Shown piece after piece: positions 47,747 to 55,672 of a stretch of DNA of 64,000 nucleotides. The position numbers were made by a program, and so were the translations under genes. Every line of letters starts with the position of its first letter. Position 1 is the stretch's first letter. The stretch comes from a virus. Where the stretch lies: the IMG/VR virus record IMGVR_UViG_3300037247_001118, positions 1 through 64,000 of that record; one strand, given 5' to 3'. Under the pieces are notes generated by a model. It was not told the DNA's origin and searched no databases. It saw nothing but the letters and a program-made list of their open reading frames with translations.

Positions 47747-47952
47747 TGAGCAAGCGAAACTGCACTCACTGGTGGAAGGTGCCGGCGCAGCACCTGGGCC
47801 CGGACGCGCCGGCTACCTGCAAGCGCTGTGGGGCGACGCGAGTGTTCCCCCGGACGCTGCCTTCACAGACGTGGTGTCTGCGCCGGAAGTCATGGCGCGG
47901 TCAGATCCAGGACATGCAGGATCGCCTGCACGAAGCGGAGAACGTACAGTAG
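47746..47952 (+). CDS. Small Zn-binding protein
   Basis: CTHWW...CKRCG. Confidence 0.55.
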   Translation: MSKRNCTHWWKVPAQHLGPDAPATCKRCGATRVFPRTLPSQTWCLRRKSWRGQIQDMQDRLHEAENVQ

Positions 47953-47967
47953 AGGAGGAGATTCACG

Positions 47968-48693
47968 ATGACACTAGCGAAGCAGTTACCGGAAGTACTA
48001 CAGAACGAAGCGGTCGTCTTGGCGACGCAGGCTGTCGAGCGTGAGGAGGCGACGAGCATTAGGTTCGCTTCCACGGTGGAGCGCCTAACGATCAAGACTC
48101 CTAAGGAGTTGGAGGCCAGCACCGATCTGCTCGCGACTGTCAAGGCTCGGCAGAAGATACTGACAGATTCGCGCCTGTCGATCACCCGACCGATGGACGA
48201 AGCTAAGAAGCAAGTCATGGCGCTATTCCAGCCCGCCGTAGACCGGCTAGCGACCGCCGAGCAGACCATCAAGGCGGCGGTGCTCACCTACACCCAGGAG
48301 CAGCGGCACCTACAGGCTGAGGCGCAGGCGCAGCTCGACGCGGAGGCGGACCGTGAGCGGCTGCGCCTAGCAACCCTTGCGGAGAAGCAGCGCGGTGCCG
48401 GCAGGGACAACCGCGCCGAGGCGACCGAGGAACGGGCCGCAGATGTCCAGGCACCTACCGTAGCAGCAGCAGAGGCGCCGACTGGAGCCGTCCACGTCCG
48501 TACGACCTGGCACGCTGAGGTGACGGATCTCGCGGCGTTGGCACTTGCGTGTGTGAAGCAGCAGCAATCGCTCACATTGATCCAGCCCAACATGGCCGAG
48601 TTGAACGCATTGGCGCGGACGATAAAGGGAGGCCTTGCCATCCCCGGCGTCAAGGCGGTGTCGGAGGAAGGAGTCTCGGCGCGAGCCGGGTAG
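47968..48693 (+). CDS. Coiled-coil phage protein
   Basis: Helical body with a C-terminal W.AEV.D...IPGV motif common in phage early regions. Confidence 0.65.
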   Translation: MTLAKQLPEVLQNEAVVLATQAVEREEATSIRFASTVERLTIKTPKELEASTDLLATVKARQKILTDSRLSITRPMDEAKKQVMALFQPAVDRLATAEQTIKAAVLTYTQEQRHLQAEAQAQLDAEADRERLRLATLAEKQRGAGRDNRAEATEERAADVQAPTVAAAEAPTGAVHVRTTWHAEVTDLAALALACVKQQQSLTLIQPNMAELNALARTIKGGLAIPGVKAVSEEGVSARAG

Positions 48694-48695
48694 TC

Positions 48696-48842
48696 ATGAT
48701 TACCGTCGGACCCCCAGCGTCACCGATCAGCTCGCTCTGGTGCGACGCCTGCGCCGAAGGTCGGCACGCCGACTGCGTGCGGCTCTGGGAGTGTACATGC
48801 TGGGCGTACGCCCGATGCTCCAAGGAGAAGCCCCGTGTCTAA
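48696..48842 (+). CDS. Small Cys-rich protein
   Basis: CDAC..G.H..C....C.C. Confidence 0.4.
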   Translation: MITVGPPASPISSLWCDACAEGRHADCVRLWECTCWAYARCSKEKPRV

Positions 48843-49128
48843 CGTCGGCCGCGAGAACTTCTACACGTGCGACGTCTGCGGCACCGTCATGGTGACCGTG
48901 GACGTGGACGAGGGCACGACGCCGATGCTGACCGACTGCCGCGCTGGTAGCTGCGACGGCATAGCGCACTCGGGCTGGTACGAGCCGAAGCCGGTAGGTG
49001 CCAGCACTGTCAAGTGGGAGTGGTACCGCCCGGCCAAGAAGACGACGCGCGGCCTGAGCACCGAGGACAAGCTGCACGTGTCGCTCGGCGGGCTGCTGCT
49101 GCGCCCGCGAAGTGGAGGAGGAGCATGA
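48835..49128 (+). CDS. Hypothetical Zn-binding protein
   Basis: YTCDVC...GTTPM...C....C; RBS AAGGAG. Confidence 0.6.
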   Translation: MSNVGRENFYTCDVCGTVMVTVDVDEGTTPMLTDCRAGSCDGIAHSGWYEPKPVGASTVKWEWYRPAKKTTRGLSTEDKLHVSLGGLLLRPRSGGGA

Positions 49129-49346
49129 CCAACGGATGCACCGTCACCTACAGCCGAGGCTGCCTGCAAGGCACCTGTCGGTACTCTTCGGGACTTCAGA
49201 AGTCGAATCGGTGGGCGGCACTGAAGTTCGCCTGGCACACACTGTTCTGCCGCTGGGCACGGTGGCCGGAGCACAAGTCGCTACCGCCGGCACCGAGGCG
49301 CTTCTACGTGTCCGATCCGAAGGGCCAGGACGAGGAGACGCCGTGA
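49125..49346 (+). CDS. Hypothetical protein
   Basis: ATGA overlap; RBS GGAGGAGG. Confidence 0.45.
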   Translation: MTNGCTVTYSRGCLQGTCRYSSGLQKSNRWAALKFAWHTLFCRWARWPEHKSLPPAPRRFYVSDPKGQDEETP

Positions 49347-49651
49347 CCAACCCGAACCTGCTGCTGCGCCTCGCGGTCATGGTCATTAGCGCCCCTAGCC
49401 GTGAGCACGCCGTTCAATTCTTCAGGGCGCTCTGCACCACGGACGCGGATGCGGCCGCGAGGTTGGGGGATTTCTTGATACAGGTGGTGCCCGATCTGGA
49501 GGCGCTGCTGATGCCGATCTTCATGGAGGTGGTTGCGCAGCAGCCTCTCCCGCCGCCGTTCCTCTGGACCGACGCGGACTCGGCGGACACCGCAGAGTCC
49601 ATCGACGCGCACCTACACGAAGGAGGAGACCATGGTCCAGCCACCCAGTGA
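49343..49651 (+). CDS. Hypothetical protein
   Basis: GTGA overlap; RBS GAGGAG. Confidence 0.5.
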   Translation: MTNPNLLLRLAVMVISAPSREHAVQFFRALCTTDADAAARLGDFLIQVVPDLEALLMPIFMEVVAQQPLPPPFLWTDADSADTAESIDAHLHEGGDHGPATQ

Positions 49652-49955
49652 CAGCCTCATTCTCCCGCCCGGCATCCGGCCGCCGAAGGCGATCCCGAAG
49701 TGCCCCGGCTGCCAGGAGGAGTTCACACCCGGCCAGCTCATCGTCCACTTCATCGGTGCGGTGGCGCCGGGTGCGCTAAAGACAGCGCCGATTCACTTCG
49801 GCTGTGCTCTAGCGGCGGCGCAAGCCGCGGCTCAGCAGGCGGAGGAGGCGGAGGATGCGGAAGTGGCGCAGGAAGTAGAGGCGGGAGTAGAGGAGGCTAA
49901 GGCATGGGTACACGGCGACGTGGGAGCGGAGGCGGAGGCAGAGGAGTCTGACTAG
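49632..49955 (+). CDS. Hypothetical protein with acidic tail
   Basis: CPGC...HFGC; RBS AAGGAGGAG. Confidence 0.55.
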   Translation: MVQPPSDSLILPPGIRPPKAIPKCPGCQEEFTPGQLIVHFIGAVAPGALKTAPIHFGCALAAAQAAAQQAEEAEDAEVAQEVEAGVEEAKAWVHGDVGAEAEAEESD

Positions 49956-49959
49956 CCCC

Positions 49960-50304
49960 ATGCGGTACCACGAGCACAGAATCACACTTGACGACCGGGA
50001 GCGCCTTGCGCTTGACGTACTACTTGAGTCGCGGAAGGATGATTCGATGACTCCGCAGGCGGCGCGAGTTCTGCTGGGAATCCGATTTGGGGAGTTCATG
50101 GACTGCCTTGATGCCGCTAGGCGGAGGACAGATACCCGATCTATCAAAGGCCTCCCGCCCAAGGCGCTTGAACGCCTCAACGAGGCGATGGATCGCGCCG
50201 ACGAGTACGACGACGCTGGGCGACATGTGGGCAGCCCGGCGATACGCAACCGGTTCGAGTACGACGAGGAGCGCGGGATGTCGGCGATCCTGCCGCTGAA
50301 GTAG
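49960..50304 (+). CDS. Hypothetical protein
   Basis: Packed ORF in the operon. Confidence 0.55.
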   Translation: MRYHEHRITLDDRERLALDVLLESRKDDSMTPQAARVLLGIRFGEFMDCLDAARRRTDTRSIKGLPPKALERLNEAMDRADEYDDAGRHVGSPAIRNRFEYDEERGMSAILPLK

Positions 50305-50313
50305 GAGGACGAG

Positions 50314-50508
50314 ATGCCGATCTACGAGTTTCTATGTGAGGACCCAGGGTGTCGGCACCACAAGGAGCGCTTTGACATGCTGAACATTGCCCCACGGAAT
50401 ACGCTCGCGTGGTTTCGGCGAGCACCGTGCCCAGCCTGCGGCGGGCCCACGATACGTTGCGAGGTGCCATCGTCGCCGGCGTCGTTTCGGATGGGAGGTG
50501 CCAAGTGA
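50314..50508 (+). CDS. FmdB-like zinc-ribbon protein
   Basis: MPIYEF.C...C...CPACG. Confidence 0.7.
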   Translation: MPIYEFLCEDPGCRHHKERFDMLNIAPRNTLAWFRRAPCPACGGPTIRCEVPSSPASFRMGGAK

Positions 50509-50822
50509 ACGTCTATTTCGTCAACGCAGGCGAGGTCACGACCTACGAGCGCATTGCTGCCGACCTTCACGTGCCCGAGACGGGCTGCCTCGTTGAGCTC
50601 GTCGCGGCGCCTACGCGCAGCGCAGCCACCTACGCTATGTGGAAAGAGCACGAGCGCGACCTCGGTGACCTGCGCGACCAGCGCTGGGAGACGAAGCTGA
50701 TCGCCAAGGGTGTGGACCGCGAGCGCGGCATCCTGCCGTACAACGATCCGCTGTGGCGGTCGCCGAAGCTCTGCGGGGCGGACTGCGAACCAGACTGCGT
50801 ACCGGAGGAGGCAGTAGTATGA
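50505..50822 (+). CDS. Hypothetical protein
   Basis: GTGA overlap; RBS GGAGGT. Confidence 0.5.
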   Translation: MNVYFVNAGEVTTYERIAADLHVPETGCLVELVAAPTRSAATYAMWKEHERDLGDLRDQRWETKLIAKGVDRERGILPYNDPLWRSPKLCGADCEPDCVPEEAVV

Positions 50823-51181
50823 CCAACCGATTCTACATCGGCAAGAAGGACCAGGCGGACTGCGAGTACTTGGAGGAGTGGATCGCGGACAAGATTCCGC
50901 ACCCATCTGCTGGCCAAAAGTGTGAGTGTGACAAGGATATCCACGCGCACGAGTCGGAGCCCGATGCTGAAGGTAAGGTTGAGATTGTGGACTGTCCAGA
51001 GCTGGCCACGGCGCATCTCTACCAGATCAAAGGCGACCACGTTTGCTACACTTTCGTCTGTCAGGACTGCTGCGAGGCGAATGCCTCTGAGGAGTACCTC
51101 GATGACCGGGAGTACCTCGATGACCGGGAGTACCCCGTCACCGGCAGTGGCCACGCGGTGACGCCGAGGCACTGCGCGTGA
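50819..51181 (+). CDS. Cys-rich acidic hypothetical protein
   Basis: RBS GGAGGAGG; contains an 18-bp duplication (EYLDDR x2). Confidence 0.55.
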   Translation: MTNRFYIGKKDQADCEYLEEWIADKIPHPSAGQKCECDKDIHAHESEPDAEGKVEIVDCPELATAHLYQIKGDHVCYTFVCQDCCEANASEEYLDDREYLDDREYPVTGSGHAVTPRHCA

Positions 51182-51672
51182 TGGCCAAGCTGTACCTGAT
51201 CGGCTCACTGCGGAACCCCGAAGTCCCGCTCCTGGCCAACCGCATCCAGGACCTCGGCTTCGATGTGTTCTCAGATTGGTACGCTGCTGGAGAGCGGGCC
51301 GACGACTGCTGGCAGGACTACGAGACGGTACGTGGCCGTTCCTACGCTGAGGCGCTGCGCGGCTACGCTGCCAGGCACGTGTTTGACTTCGATCACCACC
51401 ACCTGGATACCTCGGACGCCGCAGTGCTGCTACTGCCGGCCGGCAAGTCGGGGCACCTTGAGCTCGGCTACATCCGCGGCCAGGGCAAGCCCGGGTACGT
51501 GCTGTTCGACGCCGTCCCCGACCGGTGGGACGTGCTCTACCAGCTAGCGACGGACGTGTTCTTCGAGCAGGAGGCGCTGCTCGGCGCGCTGACCGCGCTG
51601 CTGGCGTCGACCAACGTGCGGGACTGGCAGGCGTCGGAGGCTCAACGAGAAGGAGGATTTTATGTCAGCTGA
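51178..51672 (+). CDS. Nucleoside 2-deoxyribosyltransferase-like protein
   Basis: LYLIGS.RN, D...L..SD..VLLLPAGKSGHLELGY..G.GKP. Confidence 0.7.
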   Translation: MMAKLYLIGSLRNPEVPLLANRIQDLGFDVFSDWYAAGERADDCWQDYETVRGRSYAEALRGYAARHVFDFDHHHLDTSDAAVLLLPAGKSGHLELGYIRGQGKPGYVLFDAVPDRWDVLYQLATDVFFEQEALLGALTALLASTNVRDWQASEAQREGGFYVS

Positions 51673-52048
51673 AGAAGACGCACGACAAGACGTACTCGAC
51701 GCGGTCGAGCGGCTCCGGGGGCCCGCGAGCCTACTGCCCCCGGTGCGGGTCCAGCGCCAGTACGAGTTCGAGCGCTTGCTGGACGCGTATGTGGAGGTGG
51801 CTACTGAGGACGCGTTTAACGGTGGCGTCTCGGCCGGCAAGAGCGACGGCTTCGATATCGGCAAGGACGAAGGCCACAATGAGGGCATCGTGGAGGGCAG
51901 GGAAGAGGGCGAGCGGGAAGGCGACGCGGCCGGCTACGCTCGGGGATACGATCAGGGGAAGGCGGAGGGCTCCCGCTTGGGCGACGAGGAGGGCTACGCG
52001 CGCGGCTACCGAACCGGCTTTGATGCGGCGGAGAGGGGGAGGCTGTAG
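51662..52048 (+). CDS. FliH/Yae1-like GxxxG repeat protein
   Basis: Long run of Gly at every fourth residue (GVSAGKSDGFDIG...GYRTG). Confidence 0.6.
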   Translation: MSAEEDARQDVLDAVERLRGPASLLPPVRVQRQYEFERLLDAYVEVATEDAFNGGVSAGKSDGFDIGKDEGHNEGIVEGREEGEREGDAAGYARGYDQGKAEGSRLGDEEGYARGYRTGFDAAERGRL

Positions 52049-52049
52049 C

Positions 52050-52517
52050 ATGACCGCAGTAATCGCAATCGCCGGAATCCTAGTTCTGATAGGCGCGTGG
52101 CTGCGTCCCGAGCCCCGTCGGCTGCCAGAACCCTGCCCATGCAAGCACCTGCCCTACGAGACACTGGTGGACGATCTGGAGCGGTGCCACGAGGAGCGGC
52201 TGCGCGTCCTGGCGGAGAACGAGCGGCTGGCGGCTGTGAAGAACGACATGTACGGTCACCCGATTTGGTTACTGGGAGACACAGGGTACGGTGTCAGCGT
52301 TTCGGTCTACACTCAGGGGGATGGTCCGCCTACGCCCGATTTCACGCTCTTCCACCACAGCGATGGCTTTCGGCAGGCGCTGTTCTCAGTAACCGCACGC
52401 GGGATGTTTTCGGAGAGGCGGGGTCCAGAGGTCCATAACGTCTTCGAGCACCGCGTGGCTGGCGTGCTGGCGGTAGCCGAGGAGTGTTCCGCTGAAGCAG
52501 CGGAGGAGGACCGTTAG
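52050..52517 (+). CDS. Hypothetical protein with N-terminal TM helix
   Basis: MTAVIAIAGILVLIGAW; RBS GGAGG. Confidence 0.55.
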   Translation: MTAVIAIAGILVLIGAWLRPEPRRLPEPCPCKHLPYETLVDDLERCHEERLRVLAENERLAAVKNDMYGHPIWLLGDTGYGVSVSVYTQGDGPPTPDFTLFHHSDGFRQALFSVTARGMFSERRGPEVHNVFEHRVAGVLAVAEECSAEAAEEDR

Positions 52518-52596
52518 CCATGATAACACACTGCCCACGTTGCGGACGCAAGAGCTTAGTGATGACTGACGGGCGCAGCTACTGCGTGCGCGCTGC

Positions 52597-53013
52597 GTGC
52601 GGGTACAGCTCGTGAGGCGACTCACCGACAAGCAGCAGGCGAAGCGCATCGGCCGCATCATGGAGCGATGGCTCCGGCGCCTGGATTTATACAACACGTG
52701 GGCCGTCAGTGTCGAGGTAGTGTGCCCATCCGACCTTCCTAAAGACGCACTTGCGTCAGTTGACCTCAGCCTGCCCTACCAGCGGGCGACGATCAAGGTC
52801 AACCGCAGCTACCTGGCCAAGGCTCCCGACGGCGACCTAGAGCACAATCTGCTGCACGAGCTGGTACATCTCGTGCTCCAGCCACTCACCATCGTGGCTG
52901 AGAAGCACATCCCGAAGGACACCAAGGCGCAGTTCCAGTACGCCCACGAGTCGGTGACGGACGCGATTACGCACCTGCTACTGTGGGACAGCAAAGGCGA
53001 GCGCAACCGATGA
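52597..53013 (+). CDS. Putative Zn metallopeptidase
   Basis: LLHELVH (HExxH) plus a downstream E. Confidence 0.65.
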   Translation: MRVQLVRRLTDKQQAKRIGRIMERWLRRLDLYNTWAVSVEVVCPSDLPKDALASVDLSLPYQRATIKVNRSYLAKAPDGDLEHNLLHELVHLVLQPLTIVAEKHIPKDTKAQFQYAHESVTDAITHLLLWDSKGERNR

Positions 53014-54965
53014 CTCAGGGACTCATCATCGTAGGCGACGTCCTCGACGGCCTAGCGCGGCTGGACGACAACTCGGTTGATGTTGTCGTTACGGATCCGC
53101 CGTACGAGCTCGCCTTCATGGGGTCCAAGTGGGATGCGACGGGAGTGGCCTTCCGCCAGGAGACCTGGGAGGCGTGCCTGCGCGTCCTGAAGCCTGGCGG
53201 GCACCTGATCGCATTCGGCGGCACCCGCACGCATCACCGGATGTGGTGTGCCATCGAGGACGCGGGCTTCGAGGTACGGGACATGTTGACCTGGATGTAC
53301 GGTACAGGATTTCCGAAGTCGCTGGACGTGAGCAAGGCTATCGATAAGGCGGCAGGGGCGGAGCGGAAGGTGATTGGGGTGAATCCGCACCATAGACCTC
53401 GTAGTCACATGGAGGAAAATACTTGGCGTCAGGCAGAGGGTCGAGGTGCCAGTCCTATGAGTTCGCCAGACCTCACCACCCCGGCTACCGACGAAGCCAA
53501 GCAGTGGGAGGGATATGGCACGGCGCTCAAGCCCGCTGTCGAGCCCATCCTGTTGGCGCGGAAGCCGCTGTCGGAGCCGACGGTCGCGGTCAACGTCCTC
53601 AAGTGGGGGACTGGAGCCTTGGCGATTGACGCGACGAGGATTGGGACGGAAAAGATCACACAGCACGGTCGGGATGATAGTGAGAATCGTGCGATGTCTG
53701 GACGCAATTACGCCGAACCTGCGGGTCGTGAATGGGTTGGGCGCTGGCCCGCGAACGTGATCTTCGAGTGTACCTGCGACGACCCCCAGCCGTTGCCGGA
53801 GAAGGCGCGCGAGCGCAAGGGCGAGCCGACGCAGAGCAAGCTGTACAAGGACGCGGGCGCTACCAACTTCGCCGCCAAGCCAGGAGCCGTACGCCGCGAA
53901 GGCGGCGGCTTCGTCCACCAGCCGGACTGTCCGGCGGGGATGCTGGACGCGCAGAGTGGGAAACTGCATGCTCCTGTTAGTAGTGGTCGGAAGGGTGCTG
54001 CCTCGGCGAGCGGATTCCTCGGTGAACTCGGCGCTCAGTCACAGGAGCGTAACTATGATGACTCCGGCGGCGCCTCCCGGTTCTTCTTCACTGCCCGATC
54101 CTCTCAGGACGAGTTGCTTCTTTGCCGAGCAAAGGCTATAATGGAGGCATGGAATCCCGACCTTGCGAACACTGTGGACAGCTCTTCTTGCCTGTCAAGC
54201 GAAGCCGTCGTTTCTGCTCTAAGCGATGCAGTGGTCGTGGCCAGTTGCGGGGAAATGCGCGTAAACGAATGCCAGGTACCTTCTACAGGCGCAACGCCGA
54301 GCGCGTTAAGGCGGCTATGCGAAAACGCTATCATTCTGACCCTGAGTACCGAGCCAAAATCCTTGCCCGCGTCATTTCGTATCGACACGGTACCATCGAA
54401 GGTCAGCCGTGCGAAACGTGCGGCGCGGAAAAAGCCGACCGGCACCACGACGACTACTCCAAGCCGCACGAGTTCCGATGGCTATGCCGTCGTTGTCACA
54501 TTGGCTACCATCGGAAGCAGTACGGAAGCTGGGGCAGCGGGCTCCGCAACAAGGTTCCGCTACGCGGCGAAAGCGTCACGCGCTGAGCGCGAACGCGGCC
54601 TGGAGGACTTCGAGCCGGTCACAGGCGCAGAGGCGGTCAACCGCAAGCCCGACACCGCCGGCCTGAAGTCGCCGCGTGCTGGCGCTGGACGGTCAGCTAA
54701 GGAGATTCGCAACACGCATAATACGGTCAAACCTATCGCCCTGATGCGCTGGCTGGTGCGGCTGGTCACGCCACCAGGCGGTTTGGTACTCGACCCCTTC
54801 TGCGGTAGCGGCTCGACGCTGATCGCCGCCCGCGAGGAGGGGCACGACTTCGTCGGCATCGACCTCAGCCCTGAGTATTGCCGCATCGCCGAGGCGCGAG
54901 TAGGCGGCGCAGAGCTAGTGGCGGTGGAGACATCAGAGGACACGGACCCGGAGTGGGAGGAGTAG
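53010..54965 (+). CDS. DNA N6/N4 methyltransferase (beta class) with internal 158-codon insertion
   Basis: TDPPYEL, GFPKS, TALKPA.EPI, GRWPAN, H.TVKP and LDPFCGSGST motifs; ATG 53010. Confidence 0.9.
   Translation: MTQGLIIVGDVLDGLARLDDNSVDVVVTDPPYELAFMGSKWDATGVAFRQETWEACLRVLKPGGHLIAFGGTRTHHRMWCAIEDAGFEVRDMLTWMYGTGFPKSLDVSKAIDKAAGAERKVIGVNPHHRPRSHMEENTWRQAEGRGASPMSSPDLTTPATDEAKQWEGYGTALKPAVEPILLARKPLSEPTVAVNVLKWGTGALAIDATRIGTEKITQHGRDDSENRAMSGRNYAEPAGREWVGRWPANVIFECTCDDPQPLPEKARERKGEPTQSKLYKDAGATNFAAKPGAVRREGGGFVHQPDCPAGMLDAQSGKLHAPVSSGRKGAASASGFLGELGAQSQERNYDDSGGASRFFFTARSSQDELLLCRAKAIMEAWNPDLANTVDSSSCLSSEAVVSALSDAVVVASCGEMRVNECQVPSTGATPSALRRLCENAIILTLSTEPKSLPASFRIDTVPSKVSRAKRAARKKPTGTTTTTPSRTSSDGYAVVVTLATIGSSTEAGAAGSATRFRYAAKASRAERERGLEDFEPVTGAEAVNRKPDTAGLKSPRAGAGRSAKEIRNTHNTVKPIALMRWLVRLVTPPGGLVLDPFCGSGSTLIAAREEGHDFVGIDLSPEYCRIAEARVGGAELVAVETSEDTDPEWEE
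54114..54142 (+). promoter_or_regulatory. Internal promoter for the nested HNH gene
   Basis: TTGCTT(54114)-17 nt-TATAAT(54137); ATG 7 nt downstream, consistent with a leaderless mRNA. Confidence 0.6.
54149..54586 (+). CDS. HNH endonuclease-like protein nested out of frame in the methyltransferase gene
   Basis: CEHC...FCS.RC N-terminal zinc motif; CETC...HHDDYSKP...WLCRRCH...H. Confidence 0.8.
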   Translation: MESRPCEHCGQLFLPVKRSRRFCSKRCSGRGQLRGNARKRMPGTFYRRNAERVKAAMRKRYHSDPEYRAKILARVISYRHGTIEGQPCETCGAEKADRHHDDYSKPHEFRWLCRRCHIGYHRKQYGSWGSGLRNKVPLRGESVTR

Positions 54966-54968
54966 ATC

Positions 54969-55361
54969 ATGAGAGTGATAGTATGCGGTGATCGACGCTG
55001 GGACCTGCCCCGAGTTATCCAGGCGCGCCTGTTGAAGTTGCCGCTGTTCGCGGTTGTGATTCACGGGGCGGCGCCCGGTGCGGATACTGCTGGGGGACAG
55101 ATTGCCGCTGCGTGCGGGTTCGGAGTTGAGCCGTACCCGGCGCATTGGCGACACACCGAGGACTGCCCACCGAACTGTTCTGAGTATGTGGGTCCAGGCG
55201 CCGGCCCAATCCGCAATCGGCGGATGCTCGCGGCGAAGCCGGATCTCGTCCTGGCGTTCCACGCCGACCTTGCGCACAGCAAGGGGACGAAGCACATGGT
55301 GGGCATCGCCCGAAAGGCTGGGATTCCGGTAGAGATCATTACGGGGATGGAGGAGGAGTAG
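54969..55361 (+). CDS. SLOG-family (YspA/DUF2493-like) protein
   Basis: RVIVCG.R, VIHG.A.GAD, AGPIRN..M and S.GT.HM...A motifs. Confidence 0.85.
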   Translation: MRVIVCGDRRWDLPRVIQARLLKLPLFAVVIHGAAPGADTAGGQIAAACGFGVEPYPAHWRHTEDCPPNCSEYVGPGAGPIRNRRMLAAKPDLVLAFHADLAHSKGTKHMVGIARKAGIPVEIITGMEEE

Positions 55362-55363
55362 AT

Positions 55364-55636
55364 ATGACCGCAATTGAACGAGCCGAAGCACTGCTGGCGG
55401 AGAACGATCTTGAGTGTACGGGAGTGGCATACTGTACGCCGTGTCAGCGTGCGGAGAGGGCCGACAGCACGATTAAGGAGGAGGCAATCGCCACTCTACG
55501 CGGCTACATCGGTGCTGTCAAGGCGTTGGAGGCGTGGGAGTCGGGTGGCTACATCGCAGAGTGGAAGCGCCTGCGCGGCGAGGCCATCGCCGACTTCGAG
55601 CGCCTCTTCCCGGAGGCGCCGGCGAGCGCCGATTGA
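55364..55636 (+). CDS. Hypothetical protein
   Basis: RBS GGAGGAGGAG. Confidence 0.55.
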   Translation: MTAIERAEALLAENDLECTGVAYCTPCQRAERADSTIKEEAIATLRGYIGAVKALEAWESGGYIAEWKRLRGEAIADFERLFPEAPASAD

Positions 55637-55662
55637 CAGGCGGGGTTAATCAGGGGTATACT
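55633..55662 (+). promoter_or_regulatory. Promoter for the C5 methyltransferase with inverted TGATTAA box
   Basis: TTGACA(55633)-18 nt-TATACT(55657); TTAATCA at 55646; ATG 55673 lacks an SD. Confidence 0.7.
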
Positions 55663-55672
55663 ATAGGGCACC

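Noticed and set aside
51091-51136. 18-bp tandem duplication (EYLDDR)
   Set aside because: Simple in-frame slippage duplication with no further structure.
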